From assembly GCA_027622665.1 (NCBI GenBank), contig JAQBYT010000004.1, forward strand, positions 96,001-160,000: a stretch of 64,000 nucleotides of DNA. The letters are read 5' to 3'. This document shows positions 21,485 to 31,518 of this stretch, piece after piece; the first letter of the stretch is position 1, and each line of letters opens with the position of its first letter. Position numbers and translations under genes: made by a program. The notes under the pieces were generated by a model. It did not search any database and was not told where the DNA came from. It was given only the letters and a program-made list of their open reading frames with translations. Source of the stretch: Verrucomicrobiota bacterium (GTDB lineage: Bacteria > Verrucomicrobiota > Verrucomicrobiia > Opitutales > Seribacteraceae).

Positions 21485-22549
21485 ATGCCAAAAATAAAGA
21501 AAGTTGTAACGGTTCCGAGTGCGGCGTATGGAGTGGAGTCTAAGTTTTTAAAGTTTTATCAAGCAATGCCAGAGCGTGTGCCACAGGTGGGGGATATTGT
21601 CTATGGTCGGGTTGTGAGTGTTGGTCAGCATTCGAACTTAGAAAATAAATCGGCCAGAATACATATGATTCATAACGGTTCTTTGGGCGTTTTTGTATTT
21701 GGTCACAGATATGCACCTGATTATTATGAAGGTCACGTTCCTGAAGAGCCAGTTGAAAAAGTGGATTTGTTGGCTAGATCAGGTGTTGTTGGAAATGTCA
21801 TTGTAAAAAACTCTTTGGTTAAAGACCCTACAAAAATAGAAGTATTAGGCTATGTCTGTACGGTTGATGGAAACGTTGTAAATACATTAGATTACAACTT
21901 AATTAATCCTCGATTGGTTACGAAAAAGAAATCAAGAGCTAAACTAGTTTTAGTTTGTGGGACGTCGATGAATTCAGGTAAAAGTATGGCTGCGGCAACC
22001 TGTTGCTGGGCACTAAGTAATATGGGCTACACGGTTAATGCATCCAAAGTTACGGGTACAGCTAGTCTGAAAGATATTTTATCCATGAATGATGCAGGAG
22101 CTGATAAATATTTAGATTTCACTTATTTAGGTTATCCCTCAACTTATAAATTAAGTGAAGATAAAATGTTAGATGTTTTTAACAAGATTGATTTAAAGTA
22201 TGCGAACGATCCAAAAAAATTCTGGGTGGTTGAGTTAGCGGATGGTATTTTACAAAGAGAAACGGCTATGTTACTTGCTCATGAAGATGTGAGGTCAAGA
22301 ATACATAAACTTATTTTTTGTTCGTATGATGCATTTGGTGCTATTGGGGGGTTGCAAGTATTGAAGGAAAAATTCGAATTGACACCAGATGCAATTTCGG
22401 GTGTCTGCTCTAGTTCGCCTCTTCATATGAAAGAGTTGTCCGAATTTTCGAATATTCCAATTTTTAATAGTGCGGATGCAAATCTTGATTTCATGAAAGA
22501 GATATTGCTTTCAAAGAAAAAGAGGTCCAAATTAGCATTCCAAAGTTAA
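21485..22549 (+). CDS. DUF1611-like P-loop protein
   Basis: 354 aa; FGHRYAPDYYEG, Walker-A-like CGTSMNSGKS, KVTGTAS, DFTYLGYPSTY and VELADGILQRET. Confidence 0.75.
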   Translation: MPKIKKVVTVPSAAYGVESKFLKFYQAMPERVPQVGDIVYGRVVSVGQHSNLENKSARIHMIHNGSLGVFVFGHRYAPDYYEGHVPEEPVEKVDLLARSGVVGNVIVKNSLVKDPTKIEVLGYVCTVDGNVVNTLDYNLINPRLVTKKKSRAKLVLVCGTSMNSGKSMAAATCCWALSNMGYTVNASKVTGTASLKDILSMNDAGADKYLDFTYLGYPSTYKLSEDKMLDVFNKIDLKYANDPKKFWVVELADGILQRETAMLLAHEDVRSRIHKLIFCSYDAFGAIGGLQVLKEKFELTPDAISGVCSSSPLHMKELSEFSNIPIFNSADANLDFMKEILLSKKKRSKLAFQS

Positions 22550-23391
22550 TTATACATGGTGGTGCAGGTCAGATGGAAGGGAGTTTGTTTTCTTTCAAGC
22601 AATATCATTTAGCACTTTCAAAAATCATCAAAAAAGCATATCCGATTCTTAGAGAAAAGGGTTCAAGAGAGGCGGTGATAAAAGCAATAAAGTTGTTGGA
22701 GGACAATCCGATTTTCAATGCAGGAAAAGGATCAAAATTGCAACGTGATGGGAGGGTTCGAATGTCCTCAGCCATTATGAGTTCAGATGATAGTCGTTTT
22801 TCGGGAGTCATTAATATTAGGAATGTAAAAAACCCAATTCAGATTGCAGATTTATTATCTAAAGAAAAACATACAGTTTTAGGAGGGCGTGAAGCTTGTG
22901 AATATGCACGGAAAAATAATGTGAAATACTTTGATCCAATTACAGAAGACCGTTTAAAAGAATTTAAAGAGAAGCGTTCGGGAGATACGGGAACTGTTGG
23001 GGCAGTTGCGTTAGATGACAAAGGCATCATTTGTGTAGGAACATCAACAGGTGGTGTTGGCTATGAGCTTCCAGGAAGAATTGGGGATAGTGCGACTGTT
23101 GCTGGAACCTATGTCTCGAATATGTGCGGTGTTTCTTGCACAGGAAGAGGTGAACATATTGTTAATTATGCCGTGGCTGCACGTGTTGTCAGTTATGTCG
23201 AATGTGGGAAGTCCTTAAAAGAGGCGGTAACAGAGATTATTGGTGATGGAAATGAAGATTCACGTTATTACGGGCTTATTAGTTTAGATTACCAAGGGAA
23301 TTTTGTTGTTGGAGAAACGGATATGGCGACAGTTTTGTATGCTTCATATGATGGGGAACTGTTTAATACATTTTTCAAAGATCAAAAATAA
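22531..23391 (+). CDS. iaaA: Isoaspartyl peptidase / plant-type L-asparaginase (Ntn hydrolase)
   Basis: LEDNPIFNAGKGS, GTVGAVALD (autoprocessing Thr), TSTGG, GRIGDS and CTGRGEHI. The conserved IPKLIIHGGAG lies upstream of the first ATG (22573), so I place the start at ATT 22531. Confidence 0.85.
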   Translation: MSIPKLIIHGGAGQMEGSLFSFKQYHLALSKIIKKAYPILREKGSREAVIKAIKLLEDNPIFNAGKGSKLQRDGRVRMSSAIMSSDDSRFSGVINIRNVKNPIQIADLLSKEKHTVLGGREACEYARKNNVKYFDPITEDRLKEFKEKRSGDTGTVGAVALDDKGIICVGTSTGGVGYELPGRIGDSATVAGTYVSNMCGVSCTGRGEHIVNYAVAARVVSYVECGKSLKEAVTEIIGDGNEDSRYYGLISLDYQGNFVVGETDMATVLYASYDGELFNTFFKDQK

Positions 23392-23570
23392 GCTAATATT
23401 GATTCCCGACAGGTGCCTATCCGAAGTGAAAAGGCGTGGACACTTTTAAAATATCAATTTACCGCCATTTTTGTTCAGGGCGGCCTGGATAACTATGGAT
23501 CATCATGGTACGAAGTAATAAACCTTTCTTATGGATGTGCTGCGTAAAAATATTTTTAAATAATTATTGA

Positions 23571-23823
23571 CGGAACTTTACCCGGTTCTCCCCCAGTCGC
23601 TGTGACGTAGAGTAGCGGTTTGGTGTGCGGTGATGACTCGCCCGGAAATGCCCAAGTCGATCTTTTTGGCGACCTTCAAGTCAAGGCCATCTTAGTTCGG
23701 GGCCGCCTTGACGATCCAGAGGGAGTTTGAATTGCTACAAGGCGAATAGACGTAAAAGGGTTTGCCGAAACAACAATGCGAGCATGCCAGTAAGAAACAG
23801 GTCAGAAAGAGGCATCGTGTCAT
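23571..23823 (-). pseudogene. Lactonase pseudogene, 5' half
   Basis: ATG 23823 gives MTRCLFLTCFLLACSHCCFGKPFYVYSP...APN*(TAA 23692-23694)DGLDLKVAKKIDLGISGRVITAH, then a frameshift to PLLYVTATGGEPGKVP, then AT-rich DNA. Confidence 0.7.
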
Positions 23824-23830
23824 GGTCTTG

Positions 23831-25054
23831 TTATTGCTTGAAAATATCGGGACTGGGCCAGCGGGTCTCGAAGTCGCCGATCAATTCCTCCTTGGGAGGT
23901 TTGTTCTTGGGCCAGTTGTTCGGGCGGATGCGGACGATTCGACCCGGGCGAAATCCTTCCAGAATCAAGTTCATGGAAAACTTCACTTGGATTCCGCTAC
24001 TGCCGAATGGGGGCTCTCCTTCCGTCTTCTCCACGGCAACGATCTTGCCCTCCATTCCGTCGTGATCAGGCCAATAAGTACGCAGGGTGTTCTCGGCCGC
24101 TGCCATCTGTCCGCCGGAACCCGGCTTGAAGTCGGCGTAAAGCGATTCGTCCATTCCTCCGAACAACGTGACCGTGACGTTGGCGTCCCCAAAATTTCCG
24201 TACTCGATCGCGTCTACCCAGGCGGGCATCCAGCGCAAGCGGATGAAGCGGATGTGCCTTTGTCTCTGGCGTTCCTGGGCGACCTTGACTGCGGCCTCGT
24301 TCAACCAGAGATCGGCAGTATGAAACTCTTGGTAGAGGTATCGGGGATGCCAAGTGAGGGCGAGTTGCACATGAAGGTCTGCGATGGAATTCTTTTCCTT
24401 GGCTTGCCAGAGACCTTCGGCAATCAGGTCGTCGATGCCGAGCAGTTCGCGACCTCGCCAGATGCGGGTTGAGCCGTCGATGGTGACCCTGTGCTCCCCC
24501 CCAAGTCCTTCCTCCCCTTCCTTTCGATCCAGGCTGGCCATCAAGTGGCCCTCGTTCCCGTTGGACGAGGTCGAGTATTTTACGGATTCCTTAGTGAGGT
24601 CCACTCCCCTCAATTTCCAGGCCTTGCCTTGACGAAGGCAAAAGCTCAGATCGTCCTCCAGAAGAATCGCATGATTTTCAGCTGGGGTTGCGGGATCCGT
24701 GCCCTTGGAGTTGGGCACGGCCGAAAGCTTGGGGTCGCAGGGGAGGAAAAATTCCCCATAGAGGATGGTTCCCAAGGGAACGTCCCTAAGATCAGCTGGG
24801 GCTCCTCGATAATAAATCATTCCATAAGGCAACATGGCGAAGTGGTGAAGCCTGCGTTCCCGGAAATAGCCGTCCACGAACAAACGTAGGCTGCCCCGGC
24901 GGTTTACGTGGTCGACGAAAACGAGTTCTCCCCGATAGGCCTTGGCTTTTCCGATTGGGGGAAAATTTCCTTGTTCCGGTCGAAAAGCTTCTTCCTCCGC
25001 CCAAAGCTGAGCGGTCAAGGAGGCAATAAAAGAAAGTAAAAGGAAGCGAATCAC
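23831..25054 (-). CDS. Uncharacterised exported protein X, paralogue 2
   Basis: GTG start overlaps the DUF1552 stop; signal peptide; [24 protein letters not shown] and [13 protein letters not shown]. Confidence 0.88.
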   Translation of the reverse strand: MIRFLLLSFIASLTAQLWAEEEAFRPEQGNFPPIGKAKAYRGELVFVDHVNRRGSLRLFVDGYFRERRLHHFAMLPYGMIYYRGAPADLRDVPLGTILYGEFFLPCDPKLSAVPNSKGTDPATPAENHAILLEDDLSFCLRQGKAWKLRGVDLTKESVKYSTSSNGNEGHLMASLDRKEGEEGLGGEHRVTIDGSTRIWRGRELLGIDDLIAEGLWQAKEKNSIADLHVQLALTWHPRYLYQEFHTADLWLNEAAVKVAQERQRQRHIRFIRLRWMPAWVDAIEYGNFGDANVTVTLFGGMDESLYADFKPGSGGQMAAAENTLRTYWPDHDGMEGKIVAVEKTEGEPPFGSSGIQVKFSMNLILEGFRPGRIVRIRPNNWPKNKPPKEELIGDFETRWPSPDIFKQ

Positions 25055-26406
25055 CCCAAGTCCATGGCCTGGTTGCTGCCGCCGAACTGGTCGCTTTGCA
25101 CGCCCATCTTCTGGGCCATGGACAACAATAGATTGCTCATGTGGGCATCGGCGTTGGCCGGGCGACCGCAGAGGCGGTAGTGAGCTCCCGCGTTGTCGAG
25201 GCTGTAGCCGTCAAAGTGGCCTTTGTTGAAATCGAGGTGCCGTCCATGCTTGATGCCAAGGCCGGTTCCTCCGGCGAGAACAAGAGGCAGGTTGGCGTTT
25301 CCGTGGCTGTGTCCATAGGACATGCCTCCTCCCATGAGGGCCATGGTGGAGTCGAGCAGGGGTTTGCCGTTCAAGTCCTTGGTCTCGGCCAGTCGGCCGA
25401 TGAAGTAGCCGAACTGTTCGAAGGAAAAGGCGTCGCTAAGCGTAAGGTTCTCCATGTGATTGGGGTCGCCGTTGTGGTGGCTGAGTTCGTGACGGGACTG
25501 GGAAATGCCAAGCTCGGGAATGGGAAGCCCTCGGCCCTCGTTGCCGCTGCTGAAGGTGGCGACGCGGGTGGCATCGGTTTGGAAGGCCAGTACCATCAGA
25601 TCGTAAATGGTCCTGAAGTATTCCCCCGCCTGAGTCTGAGGAATGTCTCTATTGGTCCGCTTGCGGTCGGTCTCGGCGATTTTCGGGCGTGGTACGTCGA
25701 GCCAGGCATCAGCCCTCTCGGTGCGAATTTCGGTCTCGCGGACGGAAGTGAGGTACTGGTTCATTCGCCCCTTGTCATCCGCTCCAATTTTTTTCTCCAG
25801 CTTACGCACTTCCTCGAGGTTCGCGTCGAGTACGCTGCCCTTGCGTCGAAGGGCCCGACGCTGGTCATCAGTACCATTCTTGGGTTCCTCGAAAAGGTGA
25901 GCGAAGATTTGCTTGCATCGGCTCATCGCTGGTAAACGGATGCCGTCGGCTGTCCAGGCAAGTGATTCCCCTGCGTTGGCTAGCTCGAGCGAATGAAAGC
26001 GCGTGTGTGGTGCCGTCAGTTCGGCCATTCGTTGGTCAATGGAAATTGTGTTACTGTCCGAGGGGCCAAGTTTGCCTCCGGTCAGCCAGATTTTCTGGCA
26101 GTTGTGGTGATGTCCCAATCCACCCGGGTGGTGGAGGCCGCTGATGGGGGTGACGACGCTTCGGTGCTTCTCGAGGGGTTTAAGGGAACGTGAAAACTCG
26201 TAGTCCGCTCCATCGGCAATAATCTGGTAGTCGAGGGTGTTGACCCCGTTGGGAAGGTAGATGAAGGCGCTTCGGCGAGGCATGATTGGCTCGGCCGCTC
26301 GGAGGGGAGTCATACAGTCGAGGAGGGGGAGGGCAATGAATGTACCGAGTCCTTTCAGGGCGTGCCGCCGGTTGATCAGCCAGGATTGTGTGTTTAGGTT
26401 ACTCAT
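25051..26406 (-). CDS. DUF1552-family protein (Tat signal), copy B
   Basis: NRRHALKG leader; [26 protein letters not shown] and HSHGNANLP. Confidence 0.92.
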   Translation of the reverse strand: MSNLNTQSWLINRRHALKGLGTFIALPLLDCMTPLRAAEPIMPRRSAFIYLPNGVNTLDYQIIADGADYEFSRSLKPLEKHRSVVTPISGLHHPGGLGHHHNCQKIWLTGGKLGPSDSNTISIDQRMAELTAPHTRFHSLELANAGESLAWTADGIRLPAMSRCKQIFAHLFEEPKNGTDDQRRALRRKGSVLDANLEEVRKLEKKIGADDKGRMNQYLTSVRETEIRTERADAWLDVPRPKIAETDRKRTNRDIPQTQAGEYFRTIYDLMVLAFQTDATRVATFSSGNEGRGLPIPELGISQSRHELSHHNGDPNHMENLTLSDAFSFEQFGYFIGRLAETKDLNGKPLLDSTMALMGGGMSYGHSHGNANLPLVLAGGTGLGIKHGRHLDFNKGHFDGYSLDNAGAHYRLCGRPANADAHMSNLLLSMAQKMGVQSDQFGGSNQAMDLG

Positions 26407-26412
26407 GATTGC

Positions 26413-28839
26413 TTAGCGTTTTTGGATGAATTCGGACAGGGCCACGGCCCGGACGATGTCCTTAAGTTTGTAGTTCGTTCGTTTCGCTTCTTCAACGATG
26501 GAATGAATGTCTTCTCGGTCATCGATGGTAAGGACCCGGCGAAGGGCATAGGTGCAAAGGTGCTCGACGAAGGCTTTGAGAAAGCGGTCACGGTCCTCGA
26601 TGAGCAGGTTCTTGAACTCGCTGGCATCGCTGAATGTTCTTCCGTCCGGCATCTTACCGCCTGGGTTGACCGGCGGGTTGGACCCCGTGCCCTTTTCTAC
26701 GCGCTCGTGGGTGCGCCATTGGCCGATGGCATCAAACTGGTCGAAGGCCAAGCCGAGGGGGTCGATGTTTTTGTGACAGGCAGCGCAGTTCGGGTTATGG
26801 GCGTGAGCTTCCAGCTTTTGTCTAATGGTCGCCTTGGGGCTGTCCGGCGGGTTCGGTTCGATCGGGTCGACGTTGGCGGGAGGTGGAGGCGGGGTTTTGC
26901 CGAAGATGGTCTCGCTGACCCAGACTCCACGGTGCACGGGGCGATGTCGCGTGCCATCGGAAGTAAGCCCAAGGATCGCCCCCGTGGTGAGAAGTCCGCC
27001 ACGGTTGTCTTCGGGGCGGAGGGCAACCCGCTGAAAGCCTCCCTTGTTCGGTTCGGGGAATCCATAGAAGTCGCACAGGCGAGGGTTGGCCATCGTCCAG
27101 TCGGATTGAAGAAAAGAGTCGATGGCTAGGTTTTGACGGAAGACTTCGTCAAAATATTGAACCACTTCCTCTCGCATGCTGGCCTCCAGCCAGACTTCGT
27201 AGTCCGGATAGAGTTTCAGATCGGGCGGAAACATCCCGAGCTTGTGGAGCTGAAGCCATTGGCGGGGAAAGTCCTCGATGAACCGCTCGATCTTGGAATC
27301 GGCGAGCATCCGGTCTACATGTGCCGCGAGGGCTTTTTTGTCACTAGTCAGTTTGCTCTCTTTTGCCGTATTAAAGAGCGATGGATCCGGCATGGAACTC
27401 CAGAGGAAATAGGAAAGGCGGGAGGCCAGTTCCCAGTCATTGAGTCTTTCGCGGGCTTTGACGTCCCCTTCCACGAGGTAGGTGAAGTTCCGTGAAGTCA
27501 ACATCCCGAGCAGGGCCACCTGATAAGCGTCGAAGACCTTTTCCCCAAGCTTTCGTTCTTCCTCATAGGAACGAAGATAGGGTTGCAGTTCGTTGATCTT
27601 CACTGGGCGGCGCCAAGCCCGTTCAGCGAAATTTTTCAACAGTTGAGCGACTTCCGTACTTGTTGCGTTGTTTTCAGGGAGCAATCCATTGCGGGTTGCC
27701 TTCTCGGACTCGCTTACGATTGGTCCTTCCCATTCGATCCAGTCCAGCAGGACGAAGGAGAAGATGCCGTCCCCCTCCTCGTCGAACATCTTGGGAGCGA
27801 TCGGGTTGAGCAGGGTGGTTTCGCTGCTGTGGGTGAATATGTAGCTGGTGCTGGAAAAGGCGTTTCGGTAATGAGCCCCCTTGCGCCGATCGATGATGTC
27901 GGATGCAATAAGGTTGAAGTCCAGGCTGGCGGGCATCTCCAAGAACACTTCGAATTTGAGGATTTCCGGCTTGTCTTCGGGGCCCATGACATCGAGTTCC
28001 AAAAGTCCCTCGTTGGCCGCCTCAAAAGTCCTCTTGCCAATTCTCAAGTGAGCGACTTGGCCACCTTTGGGACGAATGCCACTGACTTGCATTTTTGCCC
28101 GATAAAGCCCGCTGTGCTCGGGGCCGGTTCTTCCAAACCAATTATGCCTGAAGGCTTGTTGCAGTCGCCCTGGGAAAATCAAGGCACGCAAGGGCCTCTT
28201 GATACCGAATTGATCGAGGTACTTTTGTTGCTGCTTACCTCCATTATAGTGAATGTCCGCTGCCGTCATTCTGACTTTCTTGGCTTCGACCGGCTTGAGC
28301 GGAAAGGCCCGTGCTAGTACGGTTTCGGCGGCCTTGTAGTACCGTTCGACATGCGAGGGTGAAAGTGTAAGCAGGGAGCCGATGCGCTCGAAACCGTGCC
28401 AAAGCGGATCCGCGTTCAACTCACCTGGTTTCGTGGGATCGTAGCGGACGCCCAGGAGATCGTGGACCGTATTCCGGTATTCCTTGCGGCTGAGCCTATA
28501 GTGGGCGACCGGTGGTCGGGCGGCCATACGGGCGGCACGGCCTTCGCTAATTCTGGTGTCAAGCTGGCCAATGACCGATGCGATCTCGCTTTCGGTCGGT
28601 CGGGGTTCTTTTTTCGGGGGCATTTCCCCGGCATTGATCCGTTCCACGATCTCCGCCCAGAGATGTCCGTCCGCGCCCACCTTGAAATCCCGCGAAAGCT
28701 TGTCGATGCGCAAGTCACCTTTTTCCTTCTTTGGGCCGTGGCAACTGATGCAATGGTCGTTGAGGAAACCTTCAAATGATTTGTTGGCCGATAGCAAAGT
28801 AATCGGCAGTGAAATCATCAAAATTATGGCTCTAAGCAT
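26413..28839 (-). CDS. DUF1592-family protein, copy B
   Basis: Signal peptide from [38 protein letters not shown] and [12 protein letters not shown]. Confidence 0.92.
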   Translation of the reverse strand: MLRAIILMISLPITLLSANKSFEGFLNDHCISCHGPKKEKGDLRIDKLSRDFKVGADGHLWAEIVERINAGEMPPKKEPRPTESEIASVIGQLDTRISEGRAARMAARPPVAHYRLSRKEYRNTVHDLLGVRYDPTKPGELNADPLWHGFERIGSLLTLSPSHVERYYKAAETVLARAFPLKPVEAKKVRMTAADIHYNGGKQQQKYLDQFGIKRPLRALIFPGRLQQAFRHNWFGRTGPEHSGLYRAKMQVSGIRPKGGQVAHLRIGKRTFEAANEGLLELDVMGPEDKPEILKFEVFLEMPASLDFNLIASDIIDRRKGAHYRNAFSSTSYIFTHSSETTLLNPIAPKMFDEEGDGIFSFVLLDWIEWEGPIVSESEKATRNGLLPENNATSTEVAQLLKNFAERAWRRPVKINELQPYLRSYEEERKLGEKVFDAYQVALLGMLTSRNFTYLVEGDVKARERLNDWELASRLSYFLWSSMPDPSLFNTAKESKLTSDKKALAAHVDRMLADSKIERFIEDFPRQWLQLHKLGMFPPDLKLYPDYEVWLEASMREEVVQYFDEVFRQNLAIDSFLQSDWTMANPRLCDFYGFPEPNKGGFQRVALRPEDNRGGLLTTGAILGLTSDGTRHRPVHRGVWVSETIFGKTPPPPPANVDPIEPNPPDSPKATIRQKLEAHAHNPNCAACHKNIDPLGLAFDQFDAIGQWRTHERVEKGTGSNPPVNPGGKMPDGRTFSDASEFKNLLIEDRDRFLKAFVEHLCTYALRRVLTIDDREDIHSIVEEAKRTNYKLKDIVRAVALSEFIQKR

Positions 28840-28944
28840 ACTGAAATTTATATTTTCAAAAGGTTCTTGATTCAAATGTTATATGAATGTTCTTAGAGAA
28901 TTCTTTTTTGGGCTCATTGAATAGCTGTCACAATTGACGAGGAC

Positions 28945-30207
28945 TCAATACTTCGGAAAGATGGCAGGAGTAGGAAAGCGTTCTTCAGGCTTGTTTCCTC
29001 CGAGGTATTCCTCACGTGGTATTTGGACCTGTGGCCAGCTTCCTGGACAGATACGGACAACCCGTCCGGGACGGATGCCTTCGATGATCAGGTCGGTCTT
29101 GAATCGAATCCGGATACCGCTGCTGCCAAGCGGAGCATCGCCTTCGAGCCTTGTGACCTCAAGGATTGGGCCTCTGCAGGCCATATGGCCGGGGCCATAG
29201 GCCCCGTGGGTGTGTTTCAAGGTGTTCTCGACGGGATTCATCATTGCGGAAACGTCCTTCTTGAAGTCGGCGTAGAGGGAATCATCCATGCCGCCGAAGA
29301 GGGTGGCGGTAACGGTGGCAGTGCCAAATTTACCATACTCTATGGCATCAACAAAGGCAGGCATCCAGCGGCTCCGGATGAACGCCTTGTGCGTCTCGGT
29401 CTGGTTGCGGGCGGCCCGTTGAATCGAAACGTCGTCGAGCCAGACGTCGGAGACGTGAAAGCGGGTAAAGACACCGTCCGGCGTGGGCCTCCAGGTGATG
29501 CCGAGCAGGACCGCCTGGTCTTTGAGGGATTTCTTTCCGCTCTCAGGCCAAGTGCCTTCGTGGACGAGGTCAGCCACTTGAAGCTTCTCCAGGCCTCGCC
29601 ATATGCGGGTGGCGGCATCGAAGGTCATCGTTTCCTCTTCAGCCTTGGTTCCGCTGTTCTTGGATTCTCGTCGGGCTATGATTTTGCCGGCGCCGTCTTT
29701 GATATTCACCTCCTTCAGCTCCCATACTTTGCCCTCTCGCAGGCAGTGGCTTGCTTCGTCTTCAAGAAGAATCACGTGGTTTTCGGCCGGGGCGATGCCT
29801 TTGCCACTATAGCCGGCGGTCTTGTTGCGGTTGTTGATTGGCAACACGGGTACGGCGGAGAGCTTGGGATCAGGAGGGAGAAAAGCCCGTACGTGCAGCA
29901 CGGTGCCCAATGGAATGTCGCGGAGTTGGGCAGGAGCATTGTGGTAGCGAATGATCCCGTAGGGTAACATGGCGAAGGGGTGCGGCTTGTTTCGAAAGTA
30001 CATGCCTTCACCTTGTATGCGGATGCTGCCGCGACGGTTGGCATGGTCCACGAAAACAAGTTCTCCACGGTAGGAATGTGCCTTTTCAAGGGGAGGGAAT
30101 TTTCCCGTCTCCGGCCGGAACGGTTGTTCCTCGGGGCGTGCATTGGAGACGAGTATGAACAGGACTAGGTGTAGTGTAGAGACCCATCGGGCAAAGTTTA
30201 GTTTCAT
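28945..30207 (-). CDS. Uncharacterised exported protein X, paralogue 3
   Basis: 420 aa; [26 protein letters not shown] and RWMPAFVD; ends FPTPAIFPKY. Confidence 0.88.
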   Translation of the reverse strand: MKLNFARWVSTLHLVLFILVSNARPEEQPFRPETGKFPPLEKAHSYRGELVFVDHANRRGSIRIQGEGMYFRNKPHPFAMLPYGIIRYHNAPAQLRDIPLGTVLHVRAFLPPDPKLSAVPVLPINNRNKTAGYSGKGIAPAENHVILLEDEASHCLREGKVWELKEVNIKDGAGKIIARRESKNSGTKAEEETMTFDAATRIWRGLEKLQVADLVHEGTWPESGKKSLKDQAVLLGITWRPTPDGVFTRFHVSDVWLDDVSIQRAARNQTETHKAFIRSRWMPAFVDAIEYGKFGTATVTATLFGGMDDSLYADFKKDVSAMMNPVENTLKHTHGAYGPGHMACRGPILEVTRLEGDAPLGSSGIRIRFKTDLIIEGIRPGRVVRICPGSWPQVQIPREEYLGGNKPEERFPTPAIFPKY

Positions 30208-30226
30208 AAGGATGGATTCCGTCGGT

Positions 30227-31498
30227 CTAGTATTTCGGAAAGATGTCCGGGGTTGGGAAACGTTTTTCGATTCCGTCCCTGGTGTGGTGGATGTATTCTT
30301 CCCGGGGTACTTCCAGTAGCGGCCAACTTTCGGGACGGATTCTTATTACTTTTCCGGGTCTAAAGCCTTCCGTTACGAGGTTGGTCTCGAGACTTACCTC
30401 AATACCACTGCTTCCGGGGGATCCTCTTTTATCGGTTTTTGAAACCTCTATTAAAATCCCCCTGCTTGCCATCTGGGCAGTGCCTGCAGTCCCTCCCGCC
30501 CAATGTTTCAAGGTGTTTTCCGAGGAGGCAAGCATGGCCTTTCCCCCTTTTTTGAAATCGGTGTATAAGGAGTCATCCATGCCACCGAATAGGGTAACGG
30601 TAACTTTGGCCCGTCCAAACTTGCCGTATTCGACCTTGTCCACCCAGCCTGGCATCCAACGGCTCCTGATAAATGCCTTGTGGGTTTCGTTTTGGATTTG
30701 AGCGGCCCGTTCCATGGCAAGTTCATCCAGCCAGATGTCGCTGACGTGAAAGCGTTTGAAGACACCGCCCGGGGTGGGTTTCCAGGTAATGCCAAGAAAG
30801 ACCGTTTGGTCATTGAGATCTTTTTCCCCGTTTTTTGGCCAGGTTTTTTCGTTCATGAGATCGGTGATACATAGTCGTTCCCGTCCCCGCCAAAAACGGG
30901 TGGTTGCGTCGACGGAAAAGGTTTCCTCATGAATCTGCCCTATGCCTGCTTTGGGCTCCCTGCGTGCGACGATCATGCCGGCTTTTTCCTTCAGCTCCAC
31001 TTCCTGAAGTTTCCAGACCAATCCGAGGCGTTTGCAATGGCTTGGCTCGTCTTCAAGTATGTAAACGTAGTTCTCAGCCGGTGCCACGCCTGTTCCTGCA
31101 TTGCCGTATTTTTTTAGCCGGGTGTCGGTGGGTAAGACCGGTACGGCTGATATCTTGGGGTCGGGTGGAAGAAAGGCTTTTACGTGCATCACCGTACCCA
31201 AAGGGATATCCCGAAGATCGGCCGGAGCTCCCTGGTAACGGACCAAACCGTAGGGGAGTAGGGCAAAGGGGGACGGGTCGGTAAATCGAAACTTACCGTT
31301 CCCGTCGATGCGTATACTGCCGCGACGGTTGGCATGATCCACAAAAGTGAGCTCGCCTTGGTAGGAATGAGCCTTTTCCATAGGTGGAAACTTTCCAGCC
31401 TCGGGTCGGAAGGTATCTTGTTCGGCAGGCGCCTTGCAAACGATGGAGAAAATGCCGAGGTGTAGTGTGGCAATCCATCGGATGGGGAATCGTTTCAT
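30227..31498 (-). CDS. Uncharacterised exported protein X, paralogue 4
   Basis: 423 aa; FRPEAGKFPP, GELTFVDHANRRGSIR and RWMPGWVD; ends [10 protein letters not shown]. Confidence 0.88.
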   Translation of the reverse strand: MKRFPIRWIATLHLGIFSIVCKAPAEQDTFRPEAGKFPPMEKAHSYQGELTFVDHANRRGSIRIDGNGKFRFTDPSPFALLPYGLVRYQGAPADLRDIPLGTVMHVKAFLPPDPKISAVPVLPTDTRLKKYGNAGTGVAPAENYVYILEDEPSHCKRLGLVWKLQEVELKEKAGMIVARREPKAGIGQIHEETFSVDATTRFWRGRERLCITDLMNEKTWPKNGEKDLNDQTVFLGITWKPTPGGVFKRFHVSDIWLDELAMERAAQIQNETHKAFIRSRWMPGWVDKVEYGKFGRAKVTVTLFGGMDDSLYTDFKKGGKAMLASSENTLKHWAGGTAGTAQMASRGILIEVSKTDKRGSPGSSGIEVSLETNLVTEGFRPGKVIRIRPESWPLLEVPREEYIHHTRDGIEKRFPTPDIFPKY

Positions 31499-31518
31499 AA
31501 GGGTGGAAGTCCCTCGAA

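Larger units (their letters stand above)
21190..23570. mobile_element. AT-rich horizontally acquired cassette (about 2.4 kb) replacing the middle of the lactonase gene
   Basis: Abrupt drop in GC (by eye about 35-40% versus 55-60%), genes on the opposite strand, and the two halves of one lactonase gene as flanks. No transposase or integrase seen. Confidence 0.75.

Noticed and set aside
21188..23443. Imperfect inverted repeat (GTGCCCCTTTCACCTC versus GAAGTGAAAAGGCG) as cassette ends
   Set aside because: The match is short and imperfect, the right copy lies about 130 nt inside the junction, and there is no transposase or target duplication.
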